From Vicugna vicugna (lineage: Eukaryota), in the NCBI GenBank assembly GCA_013265495.1, contig MU058423.1, forward strand, positions 6,734,939 to 6,798,938: DNA of 64,000 nt, written 5' to 3'. Positions 13,005-25,719 of this stretch are shown one piece after another; positions within the stretch are counted from its first letter, which is position 1; every line of letters begins with the position of its first letter. The notes below the pieces were generated by a model. The model had not been told where the DNA came from, ran no database searches, and saw nothing but the letters and a program-made list of their open reading frames with translations. Both the position numbers and the translations under genes were made by a program.

Positions 13005-13150
13005 AATGAACATTGTAGAAGTCACTTAATACAGTACCTTTATTTTAAATACAGGTAAGGAAAGGAACACAGAGATTTAGTGATTTGCAAATGCCAGTAA
13101 AAAAGCCATGGCTAGAGTCAGTATCTCCCACTACTGAGACGATTGTCCTT
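13005..13150 (-). mobile_element. MIR/MIR3 fragment
   Basis: ttttaaatacaggtaaggaaaggaacacagagatttagtgatttgc, a degenerate MIR core. Confidence 0.55.
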
Positions 13151-13789
13151 TCATGTGCTGTGTGATATCATACTGCTTCGTTGCAAATATGACAAATTAA
13201 TTTTCGGGGGAAGAAGGACTGTTGTAGATCTGTGTAACCTTAAACACAAAGTTGGACTTACATTGTTTCAATGCCTTGATCTAATAAGTGACAATAAATA
13301 TATCTTTCAATGTTAAAAAACAATTTACAGGTGCTCTAAAATGAGTTTGGGCCCTGTTACAAATATTTGGAGGTGAGAGCACAGGTAAAAATATTCACAT
13401 GTAATTTATACTTGTATATGACTTAGAAGGGCCCTGAACCCCTGTAGACCATCCCTACCAGTTATTTGTACTGGCTCCTCCTACTGTCTGATTAGACCTG
13501 ATAATTGTAAAACACTTTTGATAGTTTGGTGCACTTACAAATTACATTCTTATTCTCTTTGGGTATAGCAATGAGTCTAGAGAAATAGGGTGCTGTTAAT
13601 AACTGGAGGAGAAATGACTTCATGAGTGACAGCATAGTCTTAATGTGATTTTTCCGATTCCATTACTGAGTAGCCTTGGGTCAAATTGTGTTTTGGAAGG
13701 ACATAGGGAGTAGTTGGTCTCCGGTCATTTGATTAGGTCATCTCGAGTACAACTGGGCCTTTTAGAGAATGAGCACAGAAGTTCAAGAA

Positions 13790-13950
13790 AGGATTTTCAT
13801 TGTAGTTTCTGGTTGTTACATAAATGCAGACTGTGAGTCCCAGCAAGCTTAAGAGGTCTTTGCCTTCAAGTGGGTTATAATCTAAAAAGAGATTAGATCC
13901 TATGTAGTATTTTAACATGGTACCATGAAGTGAGCAGGGGGAATTGGGTA
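13790..13950 (-). mobile_element. L2 3' fragment
   Basis: gtctttgccttcaagtgggttataatcta matches the antisense L2 3' motif. Confidence 0.55.
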
Positions 13951-14834
13951 TTTGCAATTATATTTGTAAAGTGGGTCAGTTTGGAGATCAGATTTTTTAT
14001 ACTTAAGACCCAAATAAGATATTTTGAGCATATATATTCCTAAAAGAATGGAGTTGAAATCTTAATTAAGTCTCTTCATTGCGCAGTTTTAGGTTTTGTT
14101 TTACAGCTACTGTTCCTGATTAGTAGTTAAGGAAAGAGAAAAATAAGGCTTAGAATCTACCAGGCCCCTTTCATTTGTATGTGTGGAATAGGTTCTTGCT
14201 TCACTGAACTTGTGTTTTTCTTGGCTTGGTAGCATTTTTATTTAAATAAATGTAGAAATTTAAGAAATATAAAATGTAAGGTTCACTATATTCTATGCAG
14301 TTTAAGAAAAAAAGAACTTAAATATCTAGCCATACTTATTCCAAATATTAGCTAAAAAGCTAAATAGCTCTTTACATAGTCAAGTCAGTAAAATAATATT
14401 GACAAATTATCCTCTTGAGCTTTTATATATTACCTGTTTTTTTAAAAAGTGAAAAAATATAGAAATTATAAAATTTTAGAGAAATACTTCATTAGTCTCA
14501 TCGCTAGTAATCCATTCATTATAAATATATTAAAAAACAATGAATAGTTTCATAGTTATTAAAGCAATTCAAAGATGATAGAAATTATTTCTTGAAAAAA
14601 GAACTGCATGCTTAATTTATTTCTTAATCTTAAAAAGAGTAAATAAAAGTTATTAGACTTCATAAAAATTATGCTCAATGTGGCACAATTAGCATAATAG
14701 ACACTATCAATATTTGACATGTAAAATGTTGTGTATATACTCATCAAAGAAAAATTACTGTCTCTGAGTACATATCTTTGATAGTTTCTAAAATTTTTTT
14801 TTTAACCACATGTGTATGGTTTAAGGAGGAGGTC

Positions 14835-14970
14835 TGATAGAATAGTTTAAACCACAGCACTTGGAACTGGAGGTACTTGAATTTGAGTCTTACATACACC
14901 ACTTACTAATTGTGTGACTATCAGTAAAAAGGGAGTAATGATGCTACTCTTTTCTGCTATTGTGGATAGT
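14835..14970 (+). mobile_element. MIR fragment
   Basis: ttgaatttgagtcttacatacaccacttactaattgtgtgact. Confidence 0.65.
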
Positions 14971-15134
14971 TTATTTTCATTCAAAACATTGTAGTGGTCC
15001 CTTTTTTCTCATTCTAGGGAACAATGATGATAGATGGGCTAAAGTGACAATAAATGTCAACTACAACATGTTTACATTTAAACCAACCCTCTTAAAATAT
15101 TATTTTAAAGTGTAATAATAAATACATATTTAAT

Positions 15135-16985
15135 AACTTTTTAATTTTAGAGTGGTTTTATATTTACAGAATTATTGCAAAGATAGTACCGAGTTCCCAT
15201 ATACCCTACACAATTTCCCCTATTATTAACATCTTATATTAGTTTTGTACATTTGCATAATTAATCAATCAATATTGATGCATTATTTTTATTAACTAAA
15301 TTACATACTTCATTCAGATTCCTCAGTTTTCCCCTAATGTTCTTTTTCTGATCCAGGATCCTATCTAGGATATCACATTTCATGTAATTGCCATGTCTCC
15401 TTAGTCTCCTATTGGTTGTGACAGTTTCTCAGATTTTCTTTATTTTTGATGACCTTGACAGTTTGAAGAATATTGGTATTTTGTAGAATGTCCCACAGTT
15501 GGAATTCTGATGTTTTTCTCATATTTTCACTGGGATAATGTTTTCTTGGGAGATCCACAGAGGTAGAGTGTCAGTATCATTACATCATATTAAGGCTACA
15601 TACTATTGATCGGACTTACCATTGTTGATCATACCTTGATCACCTGGCTTGAGCTAGTGTTTTCAGGCTTCTCCACAAAAAAATTACTTTTTTTTCCCCT
15701 CCCTTTCTATGTTGTACTCTTTGGAAGGAGTCACTATGAACAGCCCATATTCAAGGAGTGGGGAGTTATATGCCTCCTCCATGAGGGTGGGGTATCTAAA
15801 AGAAATTTTTCAATATAGTAATATATATATATATTTTTATATATATATAATAGTAATAAATATATATTTTATATTTCTATATTACATTTTTATAATGACA
15901 TTATATACTATATATTAAATATAACATATATTAAACATTTAATATAAATAAATATATAATATATTACTTTATATTAAATATATAATATAGCATATACTAT
16001 ATACTGTATGTGTTAATATATATAATATTAAACTATATACAGTAATTGTTCTGTATAGGAGATTTGTTTCTTCTCCATTTATGTTTTTTTAATCATTTGT
16101 ATAAGTATGGACTCATGGATTCTATTTTCATTCTGGATTATAATCCAATACTATTTAATATTATTGTTCAAATTGTTCCAGGATTTGGCCATTGAGACCT
16201 CTTCATTTGGCTCCTATATCCTTTTTGTCATGACATACATCATTGTGAGGTTTTATTTTTTAAATACTTTCTAACTTTCTGTACTACAAGATGATGTACA
16301 CTACAAATTACTGCAGGCTCATCTTATATATTTCCTGTCCCAGTCCTGGAATCATCCATTTCTCTAAGGATCCCAGTTTCCTTTGTTGGAGAATAGTATT
16401 AAAACCCAAGATCTAGGCATTAAGAGTGCTCATTGCTATTGGGGTGCCTAGACCCTCTCAACTGACAGAGTGAAATAAATGTTTGTATATATGTTTGGGT
16501 GTGTTTATATACGTGTGTGTGTATATATATATATCCATATGTATCTGTATTAATCAAAATGAGTTCATACTGTCTCTAACTCTAATCCATTATTATGTTG
16601 ATCACTGTAGTCTTCTCTTCTCATTTATCTGTAATCTCCCTCTTCGTCACTGAGATGATAGGCTCCCATCATCGACCATGCACTTACTTAATTGTTCAAT
16701 TGCAATGTACATGTATTGTGGTTTCAAAATTGTTAATTTGTACCCTATCGGTAACAACTTCATGAAGTAGAAAACAGTGTTTATGTACAGTTCTTTTTGC
16801 CTTTAAGACTGTCTCCACTCTTCCTAAAATCTTAAGTTAATACTACTTTCTCTAGCCCCTCCTCAGTAAAGTTTGTTCATACATTCGAAATACCTTAGAT
16901 TCTTCTGTAACATTCTGCATTCCATCCTGGGATTCCCAGATCGTCTGAATATTTTTTTTTTAATTTTGCAAACATTGAAGTTTAT
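15135..16985 (-). mobile_element. L1MC/L1MD-type 3' UTR (long antisense fragment)
   Basis: tttacagaattattgcaaagatagtaccgagttcccatataccc...tccaggatcctatctaggatatcaca...tttgatgaccttgacagtttgaagaata; interrupted by a TA-rich tract at about 15810-16045. Confidence 0.88.
15810..16045. repeat. TA-rich low-complexity tract
   Basis: Almost entirely A/T, degenerate (TA)n. Confidence 0.9.
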
Positions 16986-17514
16986 TCTTTTTTGCTGCAA
17001 AATTCATCCATTTTATGTGTACAAGTCAGTGGCTTTGAGTATATTTATATTGTTGTTCAACCATCAGGACTTTTAAGTCTCAAAAATGGCAAAATTCCCT
17101 TGCATTATGAGAATATCTGATGTTTTAGCCTGATGTATATATACATGATTTCTACTTAATGAAAAGGGGAATGTAGGCATGCTGAACTTTATGTTTTGGA
17201 GCCTTATAGGTTACCCAATTTTGATGGACAGTTCAAAGCACATTGTTACTTGTTCCATGTTCAGTCTTGTCCATGTTCTAATAATAAACCAAAAACTGTT
17301 TCTTAAAGGGAGAATAGTTATTTGCTAAAGAAGAAGTTTGCTTCAAAGTCTGAGCTATTATTTTTTTTAATATGAATTGCCAAAGGCTCCATTTAGCCAG
17401 AGACATTTTGTGTATCACTTAATCTGCCTTATCATAAGGGTCCTGTGATAAAGTAATTTTCTCTGCATCTTGAACAGATGGAGAGAACACATTAGATTTG
17501 GTATATAATACCTA

Positions 17515-18503
17515 CTAAAAATATACAAACAGCTCATATAGCTCAATATCAAAACAACAAACAACCCAATCAAAAAATGGGCAAAAGACCTAAATAGATA
17601 TTTCTCCAGAGAAGACATACAGGTGGCCAACAGGCATATGAAAATATCCTCAACATCACTAATTATTAGAGAAATGCAAATCAAAACCACAATGAGGTAT
17701 CAACTCACACGGAACAGAATGGCGATCATCAAAAAGTCTACAAATAATAAATGATGGAGAATGGTGGAGAAAAGGGAATCTTCCTACACTGCTGGTGGGA
17801 ATGTAGATTGGTGTAGCCACTATGGAGAACAATATAGAGGAGTTTCCTTAAAAAATGAAAAAGAGAGTTACCATATGATCCAGCAATCCCACTCCATATA
17901 TGGGCATATATCAAGAAAAAATTCTAATTCAGAAAGACATGTGCACCCCAATGTTTATAGCAGCACTATTTACAATAGCCCAGATATGGAAGCAACCTAA
18001 ATGTCCATCAACAGATGAATGAATAAAGAAGACGTGGTGTATGTACATAATGGAGTATTACTCAGCCATAAAAAATAATGAAATAATGCCATTTGCAGCA
18101 ACATGGAAGGACCTAGAGATTAGCATACTTTCAAATGAAGTAAGTCAGACAGACAAATATCATATCACTTATTTGTGAAATCTAAAGAAATGATCCAAAA
18201 GAACATATAAATAAAACAGAAACAGACCTTCAGACATGGAAAAGAAACTTATGGTTACCAAAGGGGAAAGGGGGGAGGATAAATTTGGAATTTGGGATTA
18301 GTAGATCAATGCTACTGTATATAAACTAAATAAACAACAAGGACCTGCTGTATAGCACAGGGAACTATATTCAATATCTTATAATAATCTATAATGGAAA
18401 AGAATCTGAAAAAGAATACATATATGTATGTATAACTGAATCACTTTGCTGTATACCTGAAATACTGTAAATCAACTATAATTCAATTAAAAATTAAAAT
18501 TAA
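17515..18503 (+). mobile_element. 5'-truncated L1 (ORF2 C-terminus, 3' UTR, A tail), older cetartiodactyl-type subfamily
   Basis: Translates to [28 protein letters not shown]...[13 protein letters not shown] with stops and frameshifts; tail gtataactgaatcactttgctgtatacctgaaa...aatcaactata; imperfect candidate TSD aatacctactaaaaa (17507-17521) / actacctcctaaaaa (18504-18518). Confidence 0.95.
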
Positions 18504-18721
18504 ACTACCTCCTAAAAAAAACTCCCAAACAACCTGTTATGTGTTTCAACTCTTTAATAATGTTCTAATGTCCTTGGTGCAGAAATCTACCACTCAAAGA
18601 GGAGCACTAGATTATTGGGTCAGTTTTGGAAATGATGGTAGGCCCTTAGTTATGGAAAGAAATGATAAATACATAGCAGCATTGGCCAGGATCACAGTGA
18701 AGTTAGAATGTAGCTCTGTAA

Positions 18722-19292
18722 TTCACCCCAATTTTCACAGCAGCACTATTTACAAAAGCCAAGACATGGAAACAACCTAAATGTCCATCCACAGATAACT
18801 TGATAAAGAAGTAATGGTATATGTATACAATGGGATACTACTCAGCAATAAAAAAGAATAAAATAATGCCATTTATAGCAACGTGGATAGACCTGGAGAT
18901 CATCATTCTAAGTGAACTAAGCCAGAAAGAGAAAGAAAAATACCATATGATATCACTTATATGTAGAATCTAAGGGAAAAAAAGACACGAATGAACTTTT
19001 TTACAAAGCAGAAACAATCTCACTGATATAGAAAACAAACTTATGGTTACCAGGGAGAAAGGGGATGGTAAGGGATAAATTGTGAGTTCAAGATTTGTAG
19101 ATATTAACTAATATATATAATAGATAAACAGCAAGTTTCTGCTGTACAGCACAGGGAACTATGTTCAATATCTACTAGTAACCTCTAAGGAAAAAGAATA
19201 TGAAAACAAATATGTGTGTATATGTATGACTGAAACATGCTGTATAGCAGAAATTGACACATGGTAAACTGACTATACTTCAATTTAAAAGA
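18722..19292 (+). mobile_element. 5'-truncated L1 3' end, camelid-like tail
   Basis: cagcagcactatttacaaaagccaagacatggaaacaacctaaatgtcc...atgactgaaacatgctgtatagcagaaattgacacatggtaaactgactatacttcaat; weak candidate TSD agaatgtagctct / aaaatatagcttt. Confidence 0.93.
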
Positions 19293-19509
19293 AAATATAG
19301 CTTTCGATGAGGTCGAGTACAGGCAGCTGTCTCTGGGAAGAGGCTACTAGGCATATGTCTCTGGATGGAGGGAAAATATCTTTATTTTAAAAATTGGACT
19401 AATTTGATTTTTTTCCAGGGAGTTTCAGCGACTAATACTTAGGATGAGGTTCAAGAGCTTAAGATGGACAGGAACCTAGTCCTTGATTCCTAGGACTGCA
19501 TGGAATATT

Positions 19510-19652
19510 AAAGAAGGAAAGGAAAGGAGAGGAGAAGAGAGGAGAGGAGAGGAGGGAAGAGGGAAAGGAAAGGAAAGGGAAAGGGAAGGGAAAGGAAAGG
19601 AAAAAAAAGAGAAAGAAAAAGAAAGAAAAGGAAAGAGAGAAAGAAAGAAAGG
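19510..19652. repeat. Pure-purine compound microsatellite (GGAAA/GGAGA/GAAA)
   Basis: About 140 nt with no pyrimidine on the + strand; explains ORF 19483..19671. Confidence 0.95.
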
Positions 19653-19925
19653 TTTTAAGATGTTCCTATAACATCATAGAAATATTCCTGCAAAAACCTC
19701 TCCTTCATGTTAGAGCTTTAATTGTAGATACTGTTTTATACCAATTCATTTGATGGCTCTCTATTTATAATTTGTATCCATTTTTTAGGTTAAATTCTGT
19801 ACTTTATGTTTTTTTCTGATTAAAAACAAGGAGCCACCAAAGTCAACAAATGTTCACTAAGAAAATGAGAAGCTCTCTCTAAAGTAGTTTCTGTTGTGGA
19901 GAACCAAATGTGGCCATGTAGAAAT

Positions 19926-19951
19926 ACACACACACACACACACACACACAC
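19926..19951. repeat. (AC)13 microsatellite
   Basis: Seen directly. Confidence 0.95.
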
Positions 19952-20619
19952 GCATGCATAGTAAGTAAATAGGTAATAAAGTCATAATAACGAATAATAT
20001 GTGATCTATCCAATTTCAGGTAAAGAATTAGACTAGTTTAGCCATACTGAAAATGTCTGGTAATGAAAAACTTTTGCCAGAGCAAAAATGAGAGAGTAAC
20101 TACTTTTTCCATCTTGAAAAGCTATTTTTATTCAGTTCTAGTTAAACCAATCCTGTTAAACTGATCCATTATATGCTAACACTTGTGTGCATTTTAAAAG
20201 GGGCTTTCTGTTTTGTCTTTGATAATGAGAATTCCAGGAATGTCCCTGGGGGAAGATATATTTGGCAGGTGGGGCCTTTTGGTATTTCTCAGGTCAGATT
20301 GTACCACCTACTCATATGGCCAGTCTTGGGTGCCACTGGAATCTAACTGAGGTATTTTTTCCTAGGTGTAACTCTGGAGTTAAGGGGGAAAAGTCACTTA
20401 GAGTTGAAGCCTGCTCTGTTAAGATGACTTTTCCTTGATGATCTGAGAGTTTCTGTTTGTTGTCTCTCAAATCACAATACATGTCAACATATTTGGGTGA
20501 AGCTGAGGTGAAGGTAAGGTCCACAAATGCAACTCAGTAGTTGTCATCCTACATGTTTAATTGATCTAATACTTCCATGGGATTTTTTTTCAGTGTGGCT
20601 TGTTAAATGGTAATAATAA

Positions 20620-20992
20620 TGTGATGATTAGCTTTGTGCATCAAGTAGGCTGGGCTATGGGGTGCCCAAATAGTTGGTGAAACATTAGGTGCTATATTGG
20701 GTGTTATATCTGTGAGGGTAATAATTGAATAAGATTAACCTTTAAATTGGTAGACTTTGAGTAAAGCAGATTACCCTCCCTAATGTGAGTGAGTTTTATT
20801 CAATCAATTGAAGGCCTGAATAAGATAAAAACCACCCTCCCCTGAGCAAGAAAGAATTCTATAGCAGGTGGGCTTTGGCCTTCAACTGGAATATTGGCCT
20901 TACTGGGTCTCTAGCCTGCTCACCTACCCAACCAATGTTGGCTTTGCCAGTCTCCATAATCTTGTAAACTAATTCATTACAATAAATTTACT
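20620..20992 (+). mobile_element. ERVL LTR (MLT2 family)
   Basis: tgtgatgattagctttgtgcatcaa...gactttgagtaaagcagattaccctccctaatgtg...gaaggcctgaataaga...gccagtctccataatc...aataaa. Confidence 0.88.
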
Positions 20993-21129
20993 TATACACC
21001 ACATATAATGTAATAAATTTACATATCACATATAATATAAAATTATTTTTATATATTGCATATTAGAAATTTATCTATATAGATATATAGATGACTCATA
21101 CTTAAGTATCACTTTGCATTTAACTTGAT

Positions 21130-21350
21130 GATAGTTACTAAAGTGACTTGCTATATAGTGTCTCATTTAATCTCTACAAAATCCCAATAAGAGAGATAAA
21201 AAATGTATTATCAATATCCTGCTTTTACAGATAGGGGGAAAAAAAGACTTGGAGAGGTCATCTGAATTGCTCAAAATGCTACAGTCCATAGGCAAAAGAG
21301 ACTGGATTTGAATTTAGGACTTCAGACTTCTAGTGTAGTTTTGATTCCAC
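21130..21350 (-). mobile_element. MIR SINE
   Basis: tctcatttaatctctacaaaatccc...ttttacagatag...ttgctcaaaatgctacag...ggatttgaatttagg. Confidence 0.75.
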
Positions 21351-21384
21351 TAGATTAGCTATTTAGCTGGAGACCTCTTACTAA

Positions 21385-21497
21385 GTCCAGTGTTCAGGTT
21401 ACACTTCGTAAGAATTAAATAAGAAATTGAGGATAGGGGTTAGACATCAGTACTTTTTAATGATTCCCAGGTGATTCCAAAGTTAAGAAACTACTAG
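21385..21497. mobile_element. MER5-like hAT-Charlie remnant
   Basis: gacatcagtactttttaatgattcccaggtgattccaaagttaagaaactact. Confidence 0.6.
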
Positions 21498-22919
21498 ATT
21501 TTTAAATCACGATTTGGCCTGACAATATTTATTCCTGTTCAGAATATGTTTCTAAGGCACCATTAGCACATATTCTTACTGGTTTCTTACCATGAATTTT
21601 ATTCACGGAAGTCGTGAACATTATCCCTAAACATAGAAGCATAAAATTAAATGTAATTACTAGGTTTTTACCAGTGAAATCTCATATGCCAGAAATATGT
21701 GTAAAATAGGCATTTACAAGTCCTATGAGAACACTGATTAAATTCTTAGCTTCCTAATTGTGACAACCTAGTTATCAAGAAAAATAAAAATGAAAACAAA
21801 AAAACAATTCCTGAAAAAGCTTTATCTTTCTAAGACAAAATTCCTGTTTATTTCTTTTGGGAACTGCTTTCAAAGTTAGCTACTTATCTTCTGTTATTAT
21901 CATCTTTACTCCTTTTCTGTTTTTTTTTTTCCAAAGGAAATTTTGCTAATAAGATCAGAGAAAAACAAGCAACTTTTGCTATCAGTGGATATGAAAGACG
22001 ATCATGGATATCAAATACTCCACTCTGTGCTTTTTTGCAAATCAGGGGTCCAGGAATCCAGGTCTAATTTGGCAGGATTTTCTCTACCCAGTAGGCCAAG
22101 AGAATCCAATTCAGAGTACTCCAGAGGTCTGTCCTTATTGGAACCAGAGACCGGTATCATAATTCTTTTGAGGTAGTCCAAGTGGAAAATTCAGTCAAAC
22201 GTCCAGGTTGCCCATCAGGTATAGCTTTATCAACAGCTAACTTCAAAGCGTCTGGCTTTAGTCAAAAGGGTAAGTGTTTTTTAAAAAGACAATAAAAAAA
22301 AAAAAAACCTTCTTAATGGCTCTGGACGGGTAGACCCTCTGAAAGAGCCAGAAATTGGTAGCAAGGAAGATAGAATTCTGTGAGAGCAACTAGAGCAAGT
22401 TCGTATCTTACAAATAGCCAACCAGAGAGTAATCCCTTAGAGCAATAGTACAATTGAGTCCTTAGTCATTTCTGGTGGGTTCTTTGAGTATCTGGCCCCT
22501 GAAATGGCCAAATACATCTTCCTTACTTCTAAAAAGTAAGGAAATAGCAGTGAGAACTCCCAGATCATTTATGAAAAATGCCTCCCTGACATATCAACTA
22601 CTTTCAATGAGATTTGGGAAGAGGGGGCATTTTTTCCTTTTCTTTTTTTGCTCGAGTAAATTTGGACAGATCAGTTTCATTATTTTTAAGTACAACCAGT
22701 AACACTTCAGCATTAAGAAAAACACATCAGTTCAGTAGCAGATAACGCCTTGCAAATTTGGTATGTGATAACCTACTATACTAGAAAACCTCAGAGAATA
22801 TGTTAGGATGACCTGTAAGGGTAAGTCTGCTTTTTAGTATGGGTACAACAAAATTCTCTTGAAAATGATCTAAGATGAATTAGTTTTGTACTATATTCTG
22901 CTCTAGGGCGACCAGGGAT

Positions 22920-23110
22920 TATAGAATTGCCAATGGATTCAGAGTCAAAAAACATGTTTTCTTTTTGGCTCTACTACTAACTGACTGTGAACTTTCAATT
23001 CTCTGTGTCTCAATTTCCTCATCTTTTTACAAATGGACAAAAAAAATGACTTTCTCTGTCATACTGCCCTAGGTTAATGCAAGGGTCAAATATGAAAGTT
23101 CTTTGCCAAA
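22920..23110 (+). mobile_element. MIR/MIR3
   Basis: ggctctactactaactgactgtgaac...ctctgtgtctcaatttcctcatct. Confidence 0.7.
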
Positions 23111-23794
23111 AATAAAGTCTGAGGCATTATTTTTTATGTAATCTTTCTAAGCATGTACTTTAGCCTTTGTGTAAGAATGTAGAAAATCCACCTGTTGCCT
23201 TTGCCATGCTTTTTAAACAATGGTGTGCATACTTCAGAAGATGCATTGTGGCATGCTGTAATGCCACAGGATAAGCACAGCATACTTTTACACAGTGTCA
23301 ATATCACATGACTGTTTGGCCAGAAGTTTGACACTTTGATAAATAATAAGTATGTCCTGTATTAACTATGAGCATACAAATTTCTCTTAAATTTTAAAGC
23401 TAACAAATGAGACTTCGAAGTATTTTTAACTAGTGGCAGATAGCTTCAGGTATACTCCCAGAACCCTGAGGTACATGTGTTTATGTTCCTCTTTGCTAAT
23501 AGGGAGAACAGTGTGAGGAGACCTAGTACTGCATCAAATTTAAACTCTTCCATTTGATATATGAAGCCTTCTGTAGTATTGGGTCCAATCATCTATTGAT
23601 TTTCATTTCTATTACATCCTATGACCCAGTGTATGTTCCGACTAGTGTTTCTTCTCCAACCTGTTACAGAATGACTTCTGAGATGTATTCAGTATTTCTA
23701 AACAGTTTGTTCCATGGTATACTTGCATGGTTCCCCTGAATTAAACTCGCTTTTTCTAGGCACCTAGAAAAGGGAACTAGGCCCATTTATTTTT

Positions 23795-23798
<4 letters not shown>

Positions 23799-23825
<27 letters not shown>
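23799..23825. repeat. (GT)13 microsatellite
   Basis: Seen directly. Confidence 0.95.
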
Positions 23826-23828
<3 letters not shown>

Positions 23829-24049
23829 ACTAAAAGATTTAAATGATACCCATTGCTCAGATCCTCCATTATTCTTCCCCGTTTTAAGGTCTGGGCATTC
23901 TTCCCCTCATGGTGAAAGTTTTCTGTCTCACAATTGTAACATGAGTTTTCTCATATCATGGCTTGTCTATCAGCATCCTCACCTTCCTAATATGTTAAGA
24001 AAAAAGGAGTACAAGAGTACAGGTAAGTTTCAGGAAAACTTTCTAACTG

Positions 24050-24590
24050 GATAGACATTCATCTATGTTGTTGCGTATATCAGTAGTTCCTTTTTATTGC
24101 TGAATTATAATTCCATTATATGGCTATACATTAATTTGTTATTCACCTGTTGATGGACATTTCATTTGACTCCACTGCTGGGCTATTATGAATGAAGCAG
24201 CAATGAATATTCATGAAAACAATATTTGTAGGATAAATGTTTCACTTCTCTTGGGTGAATATCTTGGAGCGGAATTGGTGGTCAAATTGTAATTATTTAT
24301 GGATAACTTTAAAGAATCTCCAGTTTTCCAGAATTTGTTTTACCATTTTGCATTCCCACAGTGTGTGAGAGTTTTAGCTGTTCCACCTACTTCCCAGCAC
24401 TTAGTGATATCAGTCTTTTTGGTTGCTGTGTAGTGGTACCTTTTTGTGCTTTTAATTTGTATTTCTCTGATGATGCATGGAGCATCTTTTCATGTGTTTA
24501 TTAACTATTTGCATATGTTCTTTTGTGAGGTGTCCATCACATATTATGTCTACATTTAATTGACTTGTTTGCCTAATTAATAATTTGTTT
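24050..24590 (-). mobile_element. Old L1M ORF2 3' region
   Basis: attcatctatgttgttgcgtatatcagtagttcc...cctgttgatggacattt...ttttaccattttgcattcccac...gagcatcttttcatgtgtttatt. Confidence 0.88.
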
Positions 24591-24598
24591 TATATATA

Positions 24599-25000
24599 CA
24601 GATCTTCTTTGACTTACAGTGGGGTGACATCCCAATAAACTCATCATAAGTTGAAAACATTCTAAGTTTTCCATTGAAAAGAAAGTCAATTTAATACACC
24701 TAACCTACTAAACTTCATCGCTTAACCTAGCCTACTTTGAATGTGCTCAGAACCCTTACAATAGTCTACCGCTGGGCAAAATCAGCACAAAGCCTATTTT
24801 ATAATAAAGCGTTGAACATCTCATGTAGCTTATTGACTATTTTACTGAAAGTAGAAAACAGAATGATTGTATCAGTTGTTTACCCTTTTGATTGTGTGAC
24901 TGCCTGGGAGCTGTGGCTCACTGCTGCTGCCCAGCATCACAGAGGCTATCATTCCTACCATATATGTAAGTCTAACCATTATTAAGTCAGGGACTGTCTG
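24599..25000 (+). mobile_element. MER47-type (TcMar-Tigger) non-autonomous DNA transposon
   Basis: TIRs cagatcttctttgactta / taagtcagggactgtctg flanked by TA on both sides; internal atttaatacacctaacctac...cacaaagcctattttataataaag. Confidence 0.9.
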
Positions 25001-25029
25001 TATATAAATCTGAAGAAGAGAGAAATTTG

Positions 25030-25612
25030 TTCAGTTCCCTTCCCCTCTCTCCACAACCAAAATGGGTCTTCAGCTATTCACTTGGCCAGGGTTTGCTGCC
25101 CTTCCCGCAGTGCCTTAGGCTCTTATTCTGTGGAGAAAAAGGATCCAATTAGGACTTTCTGTTGTTCCGCAGTGTAGTCTGTTCCCCTTCCTGAGATCTG
25201 CACCACAAATGAGACTCTGCAATCTAGCCCTGCCCATATGTTTAGGTATGTGAAGAGTACATGAATGGATGCGTGCTCCTGTTTCTGGCTCCAAGAGGCT
25301 CTATACTCTCACCTTATTCTACACGCACAATTCAGCAATTTGTTACAAATTTGTTTAAATTATTCTTGTCCAATTTTGAATGTCAGCTCCATCTCCTTCC
25401 TGTGCTCTGCCTTAGGTAAGCAATGCTTGTATCCTGTCTTTCTTTGAAAGTGCTTGTTTTTCTTCATATTTCAGGCTGTTTGATTGCCCTGTAACTGCAA
25501 TTTTCTGATAAGTTCAGGAAAAGTTATGATTTAATGGATCATCTGGCTTTTTCTAGGTGTTAGGTTGGACACATTTGTTTTCCACTTACTACATACTAAG
25601 CAGACACTGCAA
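25030..25612 (-). mobile_element. Old L1M 5' region
   Basis: ttcagcaatttgttacaaattt...ttgccctgtaactgcaattttctgataagttcaggaaaagttatgattt...ctggctttttct, antisense L1M 5'-end pattern. Confidence 0.65.
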
Positions 25613-25719
25613 ATTCCAATTCTAATAGCACTTAAAGGATTTTAAACAACCTGATATACTAAATTTGAGAAATTAACAAATGTACGAGAATTTGATTAAA
25701 CCAGTTTATATCAGTATTT

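Noticed and set aside
13037..13060. ttttaaatacag|gtaagg recursive-site-like motif
   Set aside because: Falls on the MIR core (attttacagatgagga-like), so it is best explained by repeat drift.
17415..18000. ORFs 17415..17690 (-) and 17761..18000 (+)
   Set aside because: Antisense and frameshifted readings of L1 ORF2.
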